A stretch of DNA of 64,000 nt, from positions 128,001-192,000 of the forward strand of contig CAVXGR010000015.1 of the NCBI GenBank assembly GCA_963761335.1. The letters run 5' to 3'. The notes beneath the pieces were generated by a model, which ran no database searches, was not told where the DNA came from, and was given only the letters and a program-made list of their open reading frames with translations. This DNA comes from an uncultured delta proteobacterium (lineage in GTDB: Bacteria; Desulfobacterota; Binatia; HRBIN30; BPIQ01). Below, piece after piece: positions 32,902 through 42,410 of the stretch. A program made the position numbers and the translations under genes. The stretch's first letter is position 1; every line of letters begins with the position of its first letter.

Positions 32902-34308
32902 TCACCCCTTGGCGACGTTCACCGTCTGAATCTCCGTGAAGCCGAGCAGCCCCCAGGGGCCGTTCTCGACGCCGATGCCGGACCACTTGGCGCCGCCGAA
33001 GGGCGTGTTCGGAAGGATCGCCAGGTGCTGGTTCACCCAGGCGGTGCCGCACTCGAGGCGCATGGCGACCTCCGCTCCCTTCGCCGGGTCCGCCGACCAC
33101 ACCGAGCCGCTCAGACCGAAGTGGGTGCGGTTGGCGCGCTCGACGGCGTCGTCGACGTCGCGGTAGGTGATCACCGGCAGCGCCGGACCGAACTGCTCCT
33201 CGTCCACCAGGCGGGTGCCGTCGGAGATGTCGCCGACGACCGTCGGCGCGAAGAAGTAGCCGGGTGACTCCAGCGGTCCGCCGCCGGCGGCAATGGTGGC
33301 GCCCCGCCTTTTGGCGTCCTCGACCAGCTCGGTGACCCGCTCGAACTGGGGCCGGTTGTTGATCGGCCCGATCTGCGTGCCCTCCTTCATGCCGTCGCCG
33401 ACGATGACCTTCTTTGCCAACCCCGAGAGCTCCTCGAGCAGCGGTCGATACTGATCCTCGTGCACGTAGACCCGCTTGATGGCGCTGCAGATCTGGCCGC
33501 AGTTCTCGAAGGCGCCCCAGAAGATCTTCTGGGCCACGGCCCTGGGATCCACATCGGGCAGGACGATGGCGGCATCGTTGCCGCCGAGCTCGAGGGTGAC
33601 GCGCTTCAGGTCCGGAGCGGCGGCGGCAGCGACCTTCTTGCCAGTGGCGACCGAGCCCGTGAAGGAGATCTTGCGTACCGCCGGGTGCGAGGTCATCCAC
33701 GAGCCGAGCTGATCGCCGCCGGAAACCGTGTTGAGCACTCCGGGCGGCAGCACGCCGCGCAGAATCTCGCCGAGCTTGAGTGTCGTCAGCGGCGTGAACG
33801 GCGACGGCTTGATCACCACGGTGTTGCCGGCGAGCAGCGCCGGGGCGATCTTCCAGGTGGCGAGCAGCAGCGGATAGTTCCACGGCGTGATGGCGGCGAC
33901 CACACCGAGAGGCCGGCGGCGGACCTCGATGCGGGCGCGGTCGTTGTCGCTGACCACCTCCACCGGAATCTCCAGGCCGGCGGTGTACTGGAACCACACC
34001 ACGGCACCCATGATCTCCTCGGTGGCCTTGGCCAACGGCTTTCCCTGCTCCTGGGTCAGGATGGGAGCGACTTCTCCGACTCTGGCCTTCAATGCCTCGG
34101 CGCAGGCGATGAGCGCCTGCCGTCGCTTGTCGACGTCGGTCTTCCAGCTGCCGTATGCCCGGGCCGCCGACTCCATGGCGGCGTCGAGCTGCGCCTGGGT
34201 GCAATCGGGGACCTCGGTGAACTCCTGGCCGGTGGCCGGATTGATCACGGGGATGGTCTTCTCGGTCCGCGGTGCGGCGCCGTCGATCGTCATGCTCAGC
34301 TGGTCCAC
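32902..34308 (-). CDS. NAD(P)-dependent aldehyde dehydrogenase
   Basis: Motifs ITPWNYP, FTGS, LELGGND, catalytic GQICSA and EEQFGP; GGAGG RBS before GTG 34308. Confidence 0.95.
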   Translation of the reverse strand: MDQLSMTIDGAAPRTEKTIPVINPATGQEFTEVPDCTQAQLDAAMESAARAYGSWKTDVDKRRQALIACAEALKARVGEVAPILTQEQGKPLAKATEEIMGAVVWFQYTAGLEIPVEVVSDNDRARIEVRRRPLGVVAAITPWNYPLLLATWKIAPALLAGNTVVIKPSPFTPLTTLKLGEILRGVLPPGVLNTVSGGDQLGSWMTSHPAVRKISFTGSVATGKKVAAAAAPDLKRVTLELGGNDAAIVLPDVDPRAVAQKIFWGAFENCGQICSAIKRVYVHEDQYRPLLEELSGLAKKVIVGDGMKEGTQIGPINNRPQFERVTELVEDAKRRGATIAAGGGPLESPGYFFAPTVVGDISDGTRLVDEEQFGPALPVITYRDVDDAVERANRTHFGLSGSVWSADPAKGAEVAMRLECGTAWVNQHLAILPNTPFGGAKWSGIGVENGPWGLLGFTEIQTVNVAKG

Positions 34309-34428
34309 GTGGTTCCTCCTCTGGTTTTCCTGCGACTCTTCCGTAGGTATCAGCTTGGCTGCTGCGTGGCGAGAGACCCCCGCATCCCTCTTGCGCGTTC
34401 GAGGTCTCCTCGAATAGCTTGGATCGAC

Positions 34429-36513
34429 GTGCCCCATCCGATCGTCGACGAAGAGGTTGCCCTCCTTCAGAAGGTCCTCGACCGCATCGCCGAGGGACCG
34501 GGCCGGGCTCTGCCCTCGGAGACGGCGATCGTGCGCGAGCTCGAGCACCTGCGGGACGTGCTCGCGGAGGGGAGCGAGGCCAAGGACCACGCCGCTCTGC
34601 TGCAGCAGTACGAGAGGCAGTCAGCGCTGCTGCGGCAGCTGCGCGCCTCCCGCGAGATGCCGCAGGTCGACGTCGAGTCGCCCTACTTCGCCCATCTGCG
34701 CCTGCGCGAGAGGGCCGGCGAGTGGGACCTCTGTCTCGGCAAGGCCACCTTCATCAAGGGCGACGTCAGCATCGTCGACTGGCGCAATGCGCCGATCTCG
34801 CACATCTACTACCGCTACCAGCAGGGCGAGGACTACGAGGAAGAGATCGCCGGTCGGCTGCGGAGCGGTACGGTCACGGGACGGCGGGCGCTGACGATTC
34901 GCAACCGCACCCTCGGACGCATCGAGGCGCCCGAGGGTGTGTTCGCGGCCGATGCCGCTGCCCCGGACGGCTGGCGTGAGCTGCCGCCTCGGGTCGTGCG
35001 CTTGGCCGGAGGTGAAGGCTCGGCGCTGCGGGCCTGGGAAGGGGAGCAGGGACGTCACCGCCGCCTGGGAAGCGATCCGCGAGGCGTGCGCCGCCGCGCC
35101 GACAAGCACCTCCCCGACATCGCCGGGCTCATCGACCCCGAGCAGTTCGCGCTCATCACCCGCCCCTCCTCCGGTTTCGTCGTCATCCGCGGCACCGCCG
35201 GCTCCGGCAAGACCACGGTGGCGCTGCATCGCATCGCCTATCTCGCCTACGGAGACGAGACGGTCGACTCGGAGCGGACGCTGTTCATCGTTTTCTCGCC
35301 GGCGCTGCGCAACTACGTCAGCCACGTTCTCCCCGCCCTCGGCGTCGAGCGCGTGCAGGTGCGCACCCTCCACGACTGGGCGGCGGAGCAGAGCCGGCGT
35401 CTGTTCCCCATGCTGCCCCGCGCCATCCGCGGCAGCGCGCCGGCGACGGTGTACAAGCTGAAGGTGCATCCGGCCATGCTGCGGGTGCTCGACGAGCAGG
35501 TGCGGCGCGTCGGCGGGCCACCGACGCCGGCGCAGGTGATCGACGACTGGGGAAGCGCTCTCGGCAACGCCCCGCTGCTCGAGGAGGTTCTCGACCGCAG
35601 CGCCCCCGGAGCCTTCTCTGCGGAGGAGATCCAGCGCGCCGCCGCCTGGAGCCGCGACCGCCACGACGAGGTGATCAGCTGGGTGAGCGGCGACCGCGAG
35701 GTGCAGGCGGAGATCGACACCGAGGACAATCCGCTGCTGCTGCGCGCCTGGCAGCTGCGCGTCGGAGCGATTCCGGGACGCGGCGGCCGGCCGCTGCGCT
35801 ACCGGCACGTCGCCGTCGACGAGGTGCAGGACTTCTCGCCGCTCGAAGTGCGCGTCCTTCTCGACTGCCTCGACGACCATCACAGCATGACTCTGGCGGG
35901 CGATACGCAGCAGCACGTCATGCAGGATGCCGGCTTCACCTCGTGGGACGCCTTCTTCCGCCACCTGGGTATCGGTGGCACCGCCGTCGACACCCTGCGC
36001 ATCAGCTATCGCTCGACGCGAGAGATCGCCGAGCTCGCCCTGGAGGTTCTCGGACCGCTGCGCGAGGACGAGGAGCCGCCGCTGACGACGCGGACCGGAC
36101 CGCCGGTCGAGCTCTTCCGCTTCTCGGATCACGGCGCCGCGGTTGCCTTCCTCGCGGACGCGCTGCGCGAGCTCATGGACAAGGAGCCGCTCGCCTCGGT
36201 GGCCGTGCTCACCCCGTCGCCCGCGCTGAGCGAGATCTATCACCGCGGGCTGGAGCGCGGAGAGGTGGCGCGCCTGCGCTGGGTGCGGCAGCACGAGTTC
36301 ACTTTCACGCCCGGAATCGACGTCACTGAGATCGAGCAGGCGAAGGGACTGGAGTTCGACTACGTGGTGCTGCTCGAGGTGAGCGGCGCGAACTTCCCCG
36401 ACACGGCGGCGGCGCGGCGGCTGCTCCACGTGGGCGTCAGCCGCGCCGTCCACCAGCTGTGGATCACCAGCGTGGCGACGCCCTCACCGCTGGTGCGCGC
36501 CGTCGGCGGATAG
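34429..36513 (+). CDS. HelD-like SF1/UvrD-family ATPase (RNA-polymerase recycling factor-like)
   Basis: Motifs PYFAHL, IVDWRNAP, GTAGSGKTTVALHRIAYL, VDEVQD, GD..Q, SYRST.EI, AKGLEFD and VSRA. Confidence 0.8.
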   Translation: MPHPIVDEEVALLQKVLDRIAEGPGRALPSETAIVRELEHLRDVLAEGSEAKDHAALLQQYERQSALLRQLRASREMPQVDVESPYFAHLRLRERAGEWDLCLGKATFIKGDVSIVDWRNAPISHIYYRYQQGEDYEEEIAGRLRSGTVTGRRALTIRNRTLGRIEAPEGVFAADAAAPDGWRELPPRVVRLAGGEGSALRAWEGEQGRHRRLGSDPRGVRRRADKHLPDIAGLIDPEQFALITRPSSGFVVIRGTAGSGKTTVALHRIAYLAYGDETVDSERTLFIVFSPALRNYVSHVLPALGVERVQVRTLHDWAAEQSRRLFPMLPRAIRGSAPATVYKLKVHPAMLRVLDEQVRRVGGPPTPAQVIDDWGSALGNAPLLEEVLDRSAPGAFSAEEIQRAAAWSRDRHDEVISWVSGDREVQAEIDTEDNPLLLRAWQLRVGAIPGRGGRPLRYRHVAVDEVQDFSPLEVRVLLDCLDDHHSMTLAGDTQQHVMQDAGFTSWDAFFRHLGIGGTAVDTLRISYRSTREIAELALEVLGPLREDEEPPLTTRTGPPVELFRFSDHGAAVAFLADALRELMDKEPLASVAVLTPSPALSEIYHRGLERGEVARLRWVRQHEFTFTPGIDVTEIEQAKGLEFDYVVLLEVSGANFPDTAAARRLLHVGVSRAVHQLWITSVATPSPLVRAVGG

Positions 36514-36585
36514 GAGACAGGTATCTTTTCGCCGCCGGGGTACCTGCGAAAACCCAAACTGCCATCACGCCGAAAGGATGCCTGC

Positions 36586-36922
36586 TTCGAAAATCTATTG
36601 GGTGAAGGTCTGGCGGAGCGCACCGGCGCTTGGCGTGGAGGCTTATCGCCCCGGAAGGGGCGCAGGCATGTAGCCCCGGGTGTTAACCCGGGGACCGCGT
36701 TCCGATTGGCCCAGATCAGCGCCCCGCAGGGGGGCGCAGGTGTAGAGGCCGCGTGAATCACCTCGATGAGCTTCCCACGCACCCAGCGGTGATCATCGGC
36801 GTACAGGCGTGACATCGACGAAAACTTGCTCGCGCCCCTAGCGGGGCGCGCCTGACGGAGCGCGCATTCTTCCCCGGGTTTCACCCGGGGCTACACGCCA
36901 CCGCCCCTCCGGGGCGAACTTC
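36586..36922. repeat. ~335-bp REP-doublet (REPIN/MITE-like) element, copy 1
   Basis: Near-identical inverted copy at 55766-56094. Contains GTAG plus CCCCGGG-n6-CCCGGGG hairpins in opposite orientation. Confidence 0.85.
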
Positions 36923-37031
36923 AGCCGGGCGAGGACCTCCAAGTCTCTTGCCGGCGCAGAACCCCAGCCTCATTTTCAACGTCTATTGGTGAGCCGTAAG
37001 GCTCATGACGCACTGTCCCCATGGCTCTTGT

Positions 37032-38636
37032 TCACGAGCGGGCGCGGTCGTCGCCGGTTCCTTCCAGCCGTTCGCGGATGATCTCGCGGCGCTTCTGCAG
37101 CTCCTTGTGGGTCAGCGACTCCACTTCGCGCGACAGGCCGAAGGACGCCTTGAAGCCGGTGAGGTCGATGGCGTTCTGTCCGGGATCGATGCCGATCTCG
37201 GCGGCGATGCGGTCGGAGTGCTTCTCGGCGAAGTAGGCGTAGATCTGCAGAATCTGCTCGAAGAGGTTGATCTCGGGAGCGAGATGGCCGATGGCATCGT
37301 CGATGAAGAGCAGGTTCTTCACGAAGAGCATCAGCGGCTTGGGCAGCTTGGCGCCATAGCCGAGCAGCGCCTTGGTCACTTCCTGGATCTCGCGGGTGAG
37401 CTCTTCCCCGGTCAGCTGAGTCGGGTCGATCGGCGGCCGGTCGAGCTTCAGGTCGCGGATCACCTGATCGAGATCAGCGTCGGCGGCGAGGGCGCCGAGG
37501 TCCCGGTAGCACTCGAGCTGCCCGCGAATGTCGTTCACCGCGCCGAGCATCATGAGGCGCATGAAGGCGAGCCGCCGCTTCTCGTCCATGCGCGCGGTGA
37601 TGCCGTAGTCGAAGAGCGCGATCCTGCCCTCCGGAGTGACGAGCAGGTTGCCGCCGTGCAGATCGCCGTGAAAAATGCCGAAGATGACCGCGCCCTCCAG
37701 GAAGGAGATCACCAGGGCGCGCAGCATCGCGGAGGTGTCGACGCCGGCTTCCTTCATGGCGCTCACGTCGTCGTAGGTGAAGCCGTCGAGGCGCTCCATG
37801 ACCAGCACCCGCTGGGTCACCAGCTGGGGATGCGGGCGGGGCACGGTGATGATGCGCTGGCCGGCTTCCGCGAAGACGCGCGCCAGATCGAGCATGCTCT
37901 CGGCCTCGAGGCGGAAATCGAGCTCCTCGAGGATGGTCTCGGCGAAGAGCTCCACCAGGGCCGGCGGGTTGGCGAGGGCGGTGATGGGGATACGGCCGAC
38001 CAGGTGCGGTGCGATCCATGCCATTGCCGAGATGTCGCGCCGCACCGAGCGCGCCACTTGGGGTCGCTGCACCTTCACCACCACGCGCTCGCCGCTGCGC
38101 AGTGTGGCGGCGTGCACCTGCGCGATCGAGGCGGCGGCGAGGCACTCGGTCTCGAAGGAAGCGAAAACCTCCTCGAGGCGGCGCCCGAGATCCTCCTCGA
38201 CCACCTGGCGGACGACGGCGAAAGGCTCCGGCTTGACCTGGTCGCGCAGCTGCTTGAACTCGGCGACCAGCTCGTCCGGAAACAGACCCTTGCCCGACGA
38301 GAGAATCTGCCCGAGCTTGATGTACGCCGGACCGAGCGGCTCGAATGCCTGCCGCAAGCGCCGCGAGAGCCCGGCGCGCGACGCCGATCCGCCGCGGCGG
38401 CGCTCGCCGAAGCGCCAGCCGAGAAGCGCCCCGCCGAGGTGGTAGGCGGTCTCGGTGAAGCGGCCGAGTGGCGGCACGGCGCGCCGTCGCAGGAGCTCGG
38501 GGATCTCTCGCTGCACCTGACGGCGAAGCTCGACTAGCCCGTTCGCCCATGTCAGCTCCCCTGGATCGATGCACCAGGGGCCGCGATCGGTGAAGGCGTA
38601 CTGCGCCACGTCGGCGCTGGCGGGAGAAACGGCCAT
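37032..38636 (-). CDS. ABC1/AarF/UbiB atypical kinase
   Basis: Motifs GPAYIKLGQILS, AAASIAQVH, VVKVQRP, ELDFRLE, FHGDLHGGN and DYG. Confidence 0.92.
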   Translation of the reverse strand: MAVSPASADVAQYAFTDRGPWCIDPGELTWANGLVELRRQVQREIPELLRRRAVPPLGRFTETAYHLGGALLGWRFGERRRGGSASRAGLSRRLRQAFEPLGPAYIKLGQILSSGKGLFPDELVAEFKQLRDQVKPEPFAVVRQVVEEDLGRRLEEVFASFETECLAAASIAQVHAATLRSGERVVVKVQRPQVARSVRRDISAMAWIAPHLVGRIPITALANPPALVELFAETILEELDFRLEAESMLDLARVFAEAGQRIITVPRPHPQLVTQRVLVMERLDGFTYDDVSAMKEAGVDTSAMLRALVISFLEGAVIFGIFHGDLHGGNLLVTPEGRIALFDYGITARMDEKRRLAFMRLMMLGAVNDIRGQLECYRDLGALAADADLDQVIRDLKLDRPPIDPTQLTGEELTREIQEVTKALLGYGAKLPKPLMLFVKNLLFIDDAIGHLAPEINLFEQILQIYAYFAEKHSDRIAAEIGIDPGQNAIDLTGFKASFGLSREVESLTHKELQKRREIIRERLEGTGDDRARS

Positions 38637-38735
38637 GAAGGGCAACTCCCGGAAGCTTAGCGGAAGCCGCCGGGCAGGAGAAGGGACGGCCGCGCCGGGT
38701 AGTGTATCAGTTTGATTCCGACGCACGGGCACCAG

Positions 38736-38855
38736 GTCCCTCTCCCCGCATCATCTTTCGCGGGGAGAGGTCAGGTGAGGGTCCCTTTCTGTTCCCCGAA
38801 AGCTCGTCGTTGTCTCACCCCCGCCCCTCTCCCGCAGGCAATGCGGGAGAGGGCG
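38736..38855. repeat. CCCTCTCCC/GGGAGAGGG double-hairpin repeat, copy 1
   Basis: Two palindromes; related inverted copy at 58357-58470. Confidence 0.75.
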
Positions 38856-38909
38856 ACGCCGAACGGCCCGAAATGAATTGAGGCTCTACCCCGCGCCGGC
38901 GCCGCGCCC

Positions 38910-41900
38910 TCACCCACCGGCAACGGCGGCCGCCTCGAGCGGTGCCGGCTCGAGGCGATGCTCGACGCAGTCGGGGACCGCCTCGCGGGCGAGCTCCAGC
39001 AGGCGGGCGTGATGGGTGAAGAAGAGGATCTGGCCGCGGCGGGCCAGCTCGCCGAGCACCTCGAGCGCGGCGCGTGCTCGGGCATCGTCGAAGTGGATGA
39101 GGATGTCGTCGAGCACCAGCGGCATGGGCTCGTTCTGCTGGGCATAGTGCTCCAGGCTGGCGAGCCGCAAGGACAGGTAGAGCTGGTCGCGGGTGCCGTC
39201 GCTCAGGCCGCCGACGCCGACGCGCTTGCCGTCGCCGCGCACGCACTCGAGCACGGCGCGGTCGCCGGCGTCGAAGCCGGCGCGCAAGGCCGTGTAGCGA
39301 CCCAGCGTCAGCTTCGGAAAGATATGGTTGGCGCGCGACAGCACGGGGCCCTGATTGCGGTCCCGGTAACGGTCAATCTCCCGCTCGAGCACCAGTGCGG
39401 CGAGCCGGGCACGCAGGTAGCGCCGGGCGTAGACCCGAATGGCGGCGAGGTGCTCCTGCGCCTCGGCGGCGTCGTCGGCTCCGGAGCGACTGGCGAGCTG
39501 GTCCAGGCCGTTCTCGAGCCCTCCGAGCTCGTGATCGAGAGCCGCCTGCCGGTCGCGCGCCGCCTCCATCGCCTCGGCAATTTCGCCCAGCCGCGCTCGC
39601 GCGTCGTCGGCGTCGACGTCGCGGGTCTGCGCGAGCAGCTCCTCGACGGTGGCGCCGTCGCCGAGCTGGAGCAGCTCGCGGTCGAGGCGCTCGACCTCCG
39701 CGTCGATATCGGCGGCGCGCCGCGAACGCCGCTCGATCTCCTCCAGATCCGCGGTGCTGGCCGCGTCTGCCTGCCGCATCAGCAGCGCCAGCTGGGTCTC
39801 GGCGCCTTGCAGCCGCTCGCGCAGCTCGGCACAGGCGCTGTGCTTCTCGGTCAGCTCTGCGGCGATGCCCTGCCGCTCCTGGGCGTCGGCTCGTCCGCGG
39901 TGGTAGGCGGCGAGGAGGGCCTCCGCTGCCTGATCGGGCGGCTCGGGGGACAGCTCCGCGGCGTGCTCATCCACCAGATGCGCGACCTCGGCGCGGAAGG
40001 CCTCGCCGTCGCGGCGGATGCCGTCGATGCGCGCCTGCAGCTTGCTGATCTCGGCCATCTTGGCGAATAGCGCCACCAGGGAGTCGAGCACCGCGACGGC
40101 CTCTTCCGGGGTCGCCTCGGCGCCCAGGCCGAGGGCCTGCATGCGGACCGTCCATTCTCGCTGCCAGCTCTCCACTTCGAGGCGGGCGTCGTCGCGCTGG
40201 CGGCGGAGGTCGGCAATCTCCTCCTCGAGCGAGGCCGCCGTCGCTGTGATCTCCTGCCGGCGGTGCGCTGCCGCCTGCATCTGCGTCATGGCTTCCTCGG
40301 CGTACACCACGAGCTCGCGCAGCGACTCCCTCGAAGACCCCGGCGGCGGCGCCCCCAGCGCCGCCAGCTCCTGCCGCAGCCGTTCGGTGCTCTCCCGCCG
40401 GCGCGTCTCCATCTCGGCGCAGTCGCGGCGGCTCTTCTCGTATTGCTCGGCGAGCTGCCGCAGAGCAGCGACGCGCGAGAGCCAGACGCGCATCTCGGCG
40501 GGCGAGCGCGGCTCGACGCCGCTCTCGTTCCACAGGGCTCTCCATTCGCGCTCGGCGGCATCGCACCGCTCCGCCCGCTGCGCCGCGGCCGCTCTTGCCG
40601 CGCGTTCCTCCTCCGCGATCTCGCCCTGTTCGGCGAGGAGGCTGGCCAGCTTGGCCACCCGGTCCGCCTCGCGGCGCAGCCGATCGGCGAGCAGGTCGGC
40701 ATCGCGCACCGCCTGCTCGTATGCCGCCGCTGCGCTTGGGAAATCGGTGGAGGCGGGCGCTTCGCGCAGCTGTGCCCACAGCTCGTCGCGCCCGGCGCGG
40801 CGCCGCAGGAGCTGCTCTTCGGTGGGAACCTCGCCGGCGCGCTGCAGCTCGTCCACGCCGCGCGCGGCACGCCGGCGCCGGCGGTGCAGATCCTCTTCGC
40901 GGCGGCTGCCCTCCTCTTCCTCGCGCTGCAGCGCCGCGAGGCGCTCCGCGAACGCCTCGATCGACTCGGCCAGGGGCAGCCGCAATGACGGGAGATCGGC
41001 GACAGAGCCGCTCGGCAGCCCCAGATCCGGCATCTGCCGCGCCGCGCTCTCTTCGGTATCGGCAATCGCGCGGCGCAGACGAGCGATCGATTCGTCGACT
41101 TCTCCCCGACGCTGGGCCGCGGCGATGGCGCGCCGCAGAGGTGCCAGGTCGGGCGGCGACTGCAGCGTTCCGGCCGCGCGCTGCTGTGCCTCCAGCTCCG
41201 CCTCGCGCTTCTCGAGTCGCTGCTCGATCAGGCTCAGCGCCTTGCGCACTCCGCTGTGCTCGCGGGCGAGCTTCTTGATGGCGGCCTGCGCCGGCAGCGG
41301 GACGCGCAGCGCCTCGATCTGCTCCAGGGGCACCTCGCGACCGAGATTCGCGGGAACCCGGCGCGCCTCTTCCTCCAGGTACCGCAGCTCGGAGAGGCGC
41401 CGCGGAAGATCGGCGGCGGCGGCGCGGTGGCTGCCCAGGCGGTTTTGCAGCTCGGCGACCACGGTCTCGTCCACCTGCACCAGAGACTCGGGAATGCGCA
41501 GCTGGGACTGCCGCCGCTCGAGCCTGTCGATCTCGCCGGCGAGCCGCTCGCTCTCCTGGCGGCAGTGCGCCAGCTCTCTTTCGGCGCGCTGGCGCCGCTC
41601 GCCGGCGTCGGCGGCGAGCATGACCACCTCGCCGATCTCCTGTCTTTCGCAACGCAGCTCGCGGAGTCGGGCGAGCAGGGGCAGGACGCGCAGCGTTCGC
41701 TGCAGGCGGTTCTGCTCCGCGGCCAGGTGGCGCTGCTCCTCGCGGCAGCGGTCGCGGATCGTGGATCTCTCCTCGATCGCCTCCTTCTGCTTTGCCCAGG
41801 CATCCGCGGAGAGCACGCTGCCGCGCGTTCTCCGCTCCGCGTCGCGGAAGGCGCGGAGCGCCTCGTTGAGCTTGGGCGTCGAGCCGCGCGGCTTGAACAG

Positions 41901-42410
41901 CTCGTCGGCCTCGCGGCGGAGCGCTTCGAGGAGGCGATGGATCCCGCGGCCACCGACACCGGCATCGAAGAGGCTCTCGCCCACGTCGCCACCGCCGCAC
42001 AGAAGGGCTTCGGCGCCTTCGCGCAGGGTGAGGTGATCGAGGCCGAAGACGACGCGGAACAATGGCTCGCTGACGCCGCCGAGGAATCTCTTCAAGGCGC
42101 CGTCCTCGACGGCATTCTCCTCGCCGTCGAGGAGCGTGTTCTTGATTCCCTTGCGGCGGATGAAGTGCATCTCGGTACCGTCGGCGGCGGCGAGGTGGGC
42201 GCCGATGCGCAGATCCGGCATCGGGTGCGAATGGGCATCGGCCGTGTTGACGGGAATCCCGTAGAGCATCCCGGTGATGGCGCGCAGCGCCGTGCTCTTG
42301 CCAGCCTCGTTCGGGCCGTAGATCACCTGCAAAGCCGGGCGGCCGCCGAAGTCGAGGACGGTGCCGCTGAAGGGGCCGAAGGCCAGCAGCTGCAGCTCGA
42401 GCAGTCTCAC
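38910..42410 (-). CDS. YhaN-like SMC/Rad50-type coiled-coil ATPase
   Basis: Walker A YGPNEAGKST, long coiled coil, LSDGTRDQLYLSLRLA signature, Walker B PLVLDD.L..FDD and FFTHH. Confidence 0.9.
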   Translation of the reverse strand: MRLLELQLLAFGPFSGTVLDFGGRPALQVIYGPNEAGKSTALRAITGMLYGIPVNTADAHSHPMPDLRIGAHLAAADGTEMHFIRRKGIKNTLLDGEENAVEDGALKRFLGGVSEPLFRVVFGLDHLTLREGAEALLCGGGDVGESLFDAGVGGRGIHRLLEALRREADELFKPRGSTPKLNEALRAFRDAERRTRGSVLSADAWAKQKEAIEERSTIRDRCREEQRHLAAEQNRLQRTLRVLPLLARLRELRCERQEIGEVVMLAADAGERRQRAERELAHCRQESERLAGEIDRLERRQSQLRIPESLVQVDETVVAELQNRLGSHRAAAADLPRRLSELRYLEEEARRVPANLGREVPLEQIEALRVPLPAQAAIKKLAREHSGVRKALSLIEQRLEKREAELEAQQRAAGTLQSPPDLAPLRRAIAAAQRRGEVDESIARLRRAIADTEESAARQMPDLGLPSGSVADLPSLRLPLAESIEAFAERLAALQREEEEGSRREEDLHRRRRRAARGVDELQRAGEVPTEEQLLRRRAGRDELWAQLREAPASTDFPSAAAAYEQAVRDADLLADRLRREADRVAKLASLLAEQGEIAEEERAARAAAAQRAERCDAAEREWRALWNESGVEPRSPAEMRVWLSRVAALRQLAEQYEKSRRDCAEMETRRRESTERLRQELAALGAPPPGSSRESLRELVVYAEEAMTQMQAAAHRRQEITATAASLEEEIADLRRQRDDARLEVESWQREWTVRMQALGLGAEATPEEAVAVLDSLVALFAKMAEISKLQARIDGIRRDGEAFRAEVAHLVDEHAAELSPEPPDQAAEALLAAYHRGRADAQERQGIAAELTEKHSACAELRERLQGAETQLALLMRQADAASTADLEEIERRSRRAADIDAEVERLDRELLQLGDGATVEELLAQTRDVDADDARARLGEIAEAMEAARDRQAALDHELGGLENGLDQLASRSGADDAAEAQEHLAAIRVYARRYLRARLAALVLEREIDRYRDRNQGPVLSRANHIFPKLTLGRYTALRAGFDAGDRAVLECVRGDGKRVGVGGLSDGTRDQLYLSLRLASLEHYAQQNEPMPLVLDDILIHFDDARARAALEVLGELARRGQILFFTHHARLLELAREAVPDCVEHRLEPAPLEAAAVAGG

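Noticed and set aside
33460..34428. N-terminal extension of the 1017-aa helicase ORF
   Set aside because: Antisense to the aldehyde dehydrogenase; a high-GC open-frame artefact.
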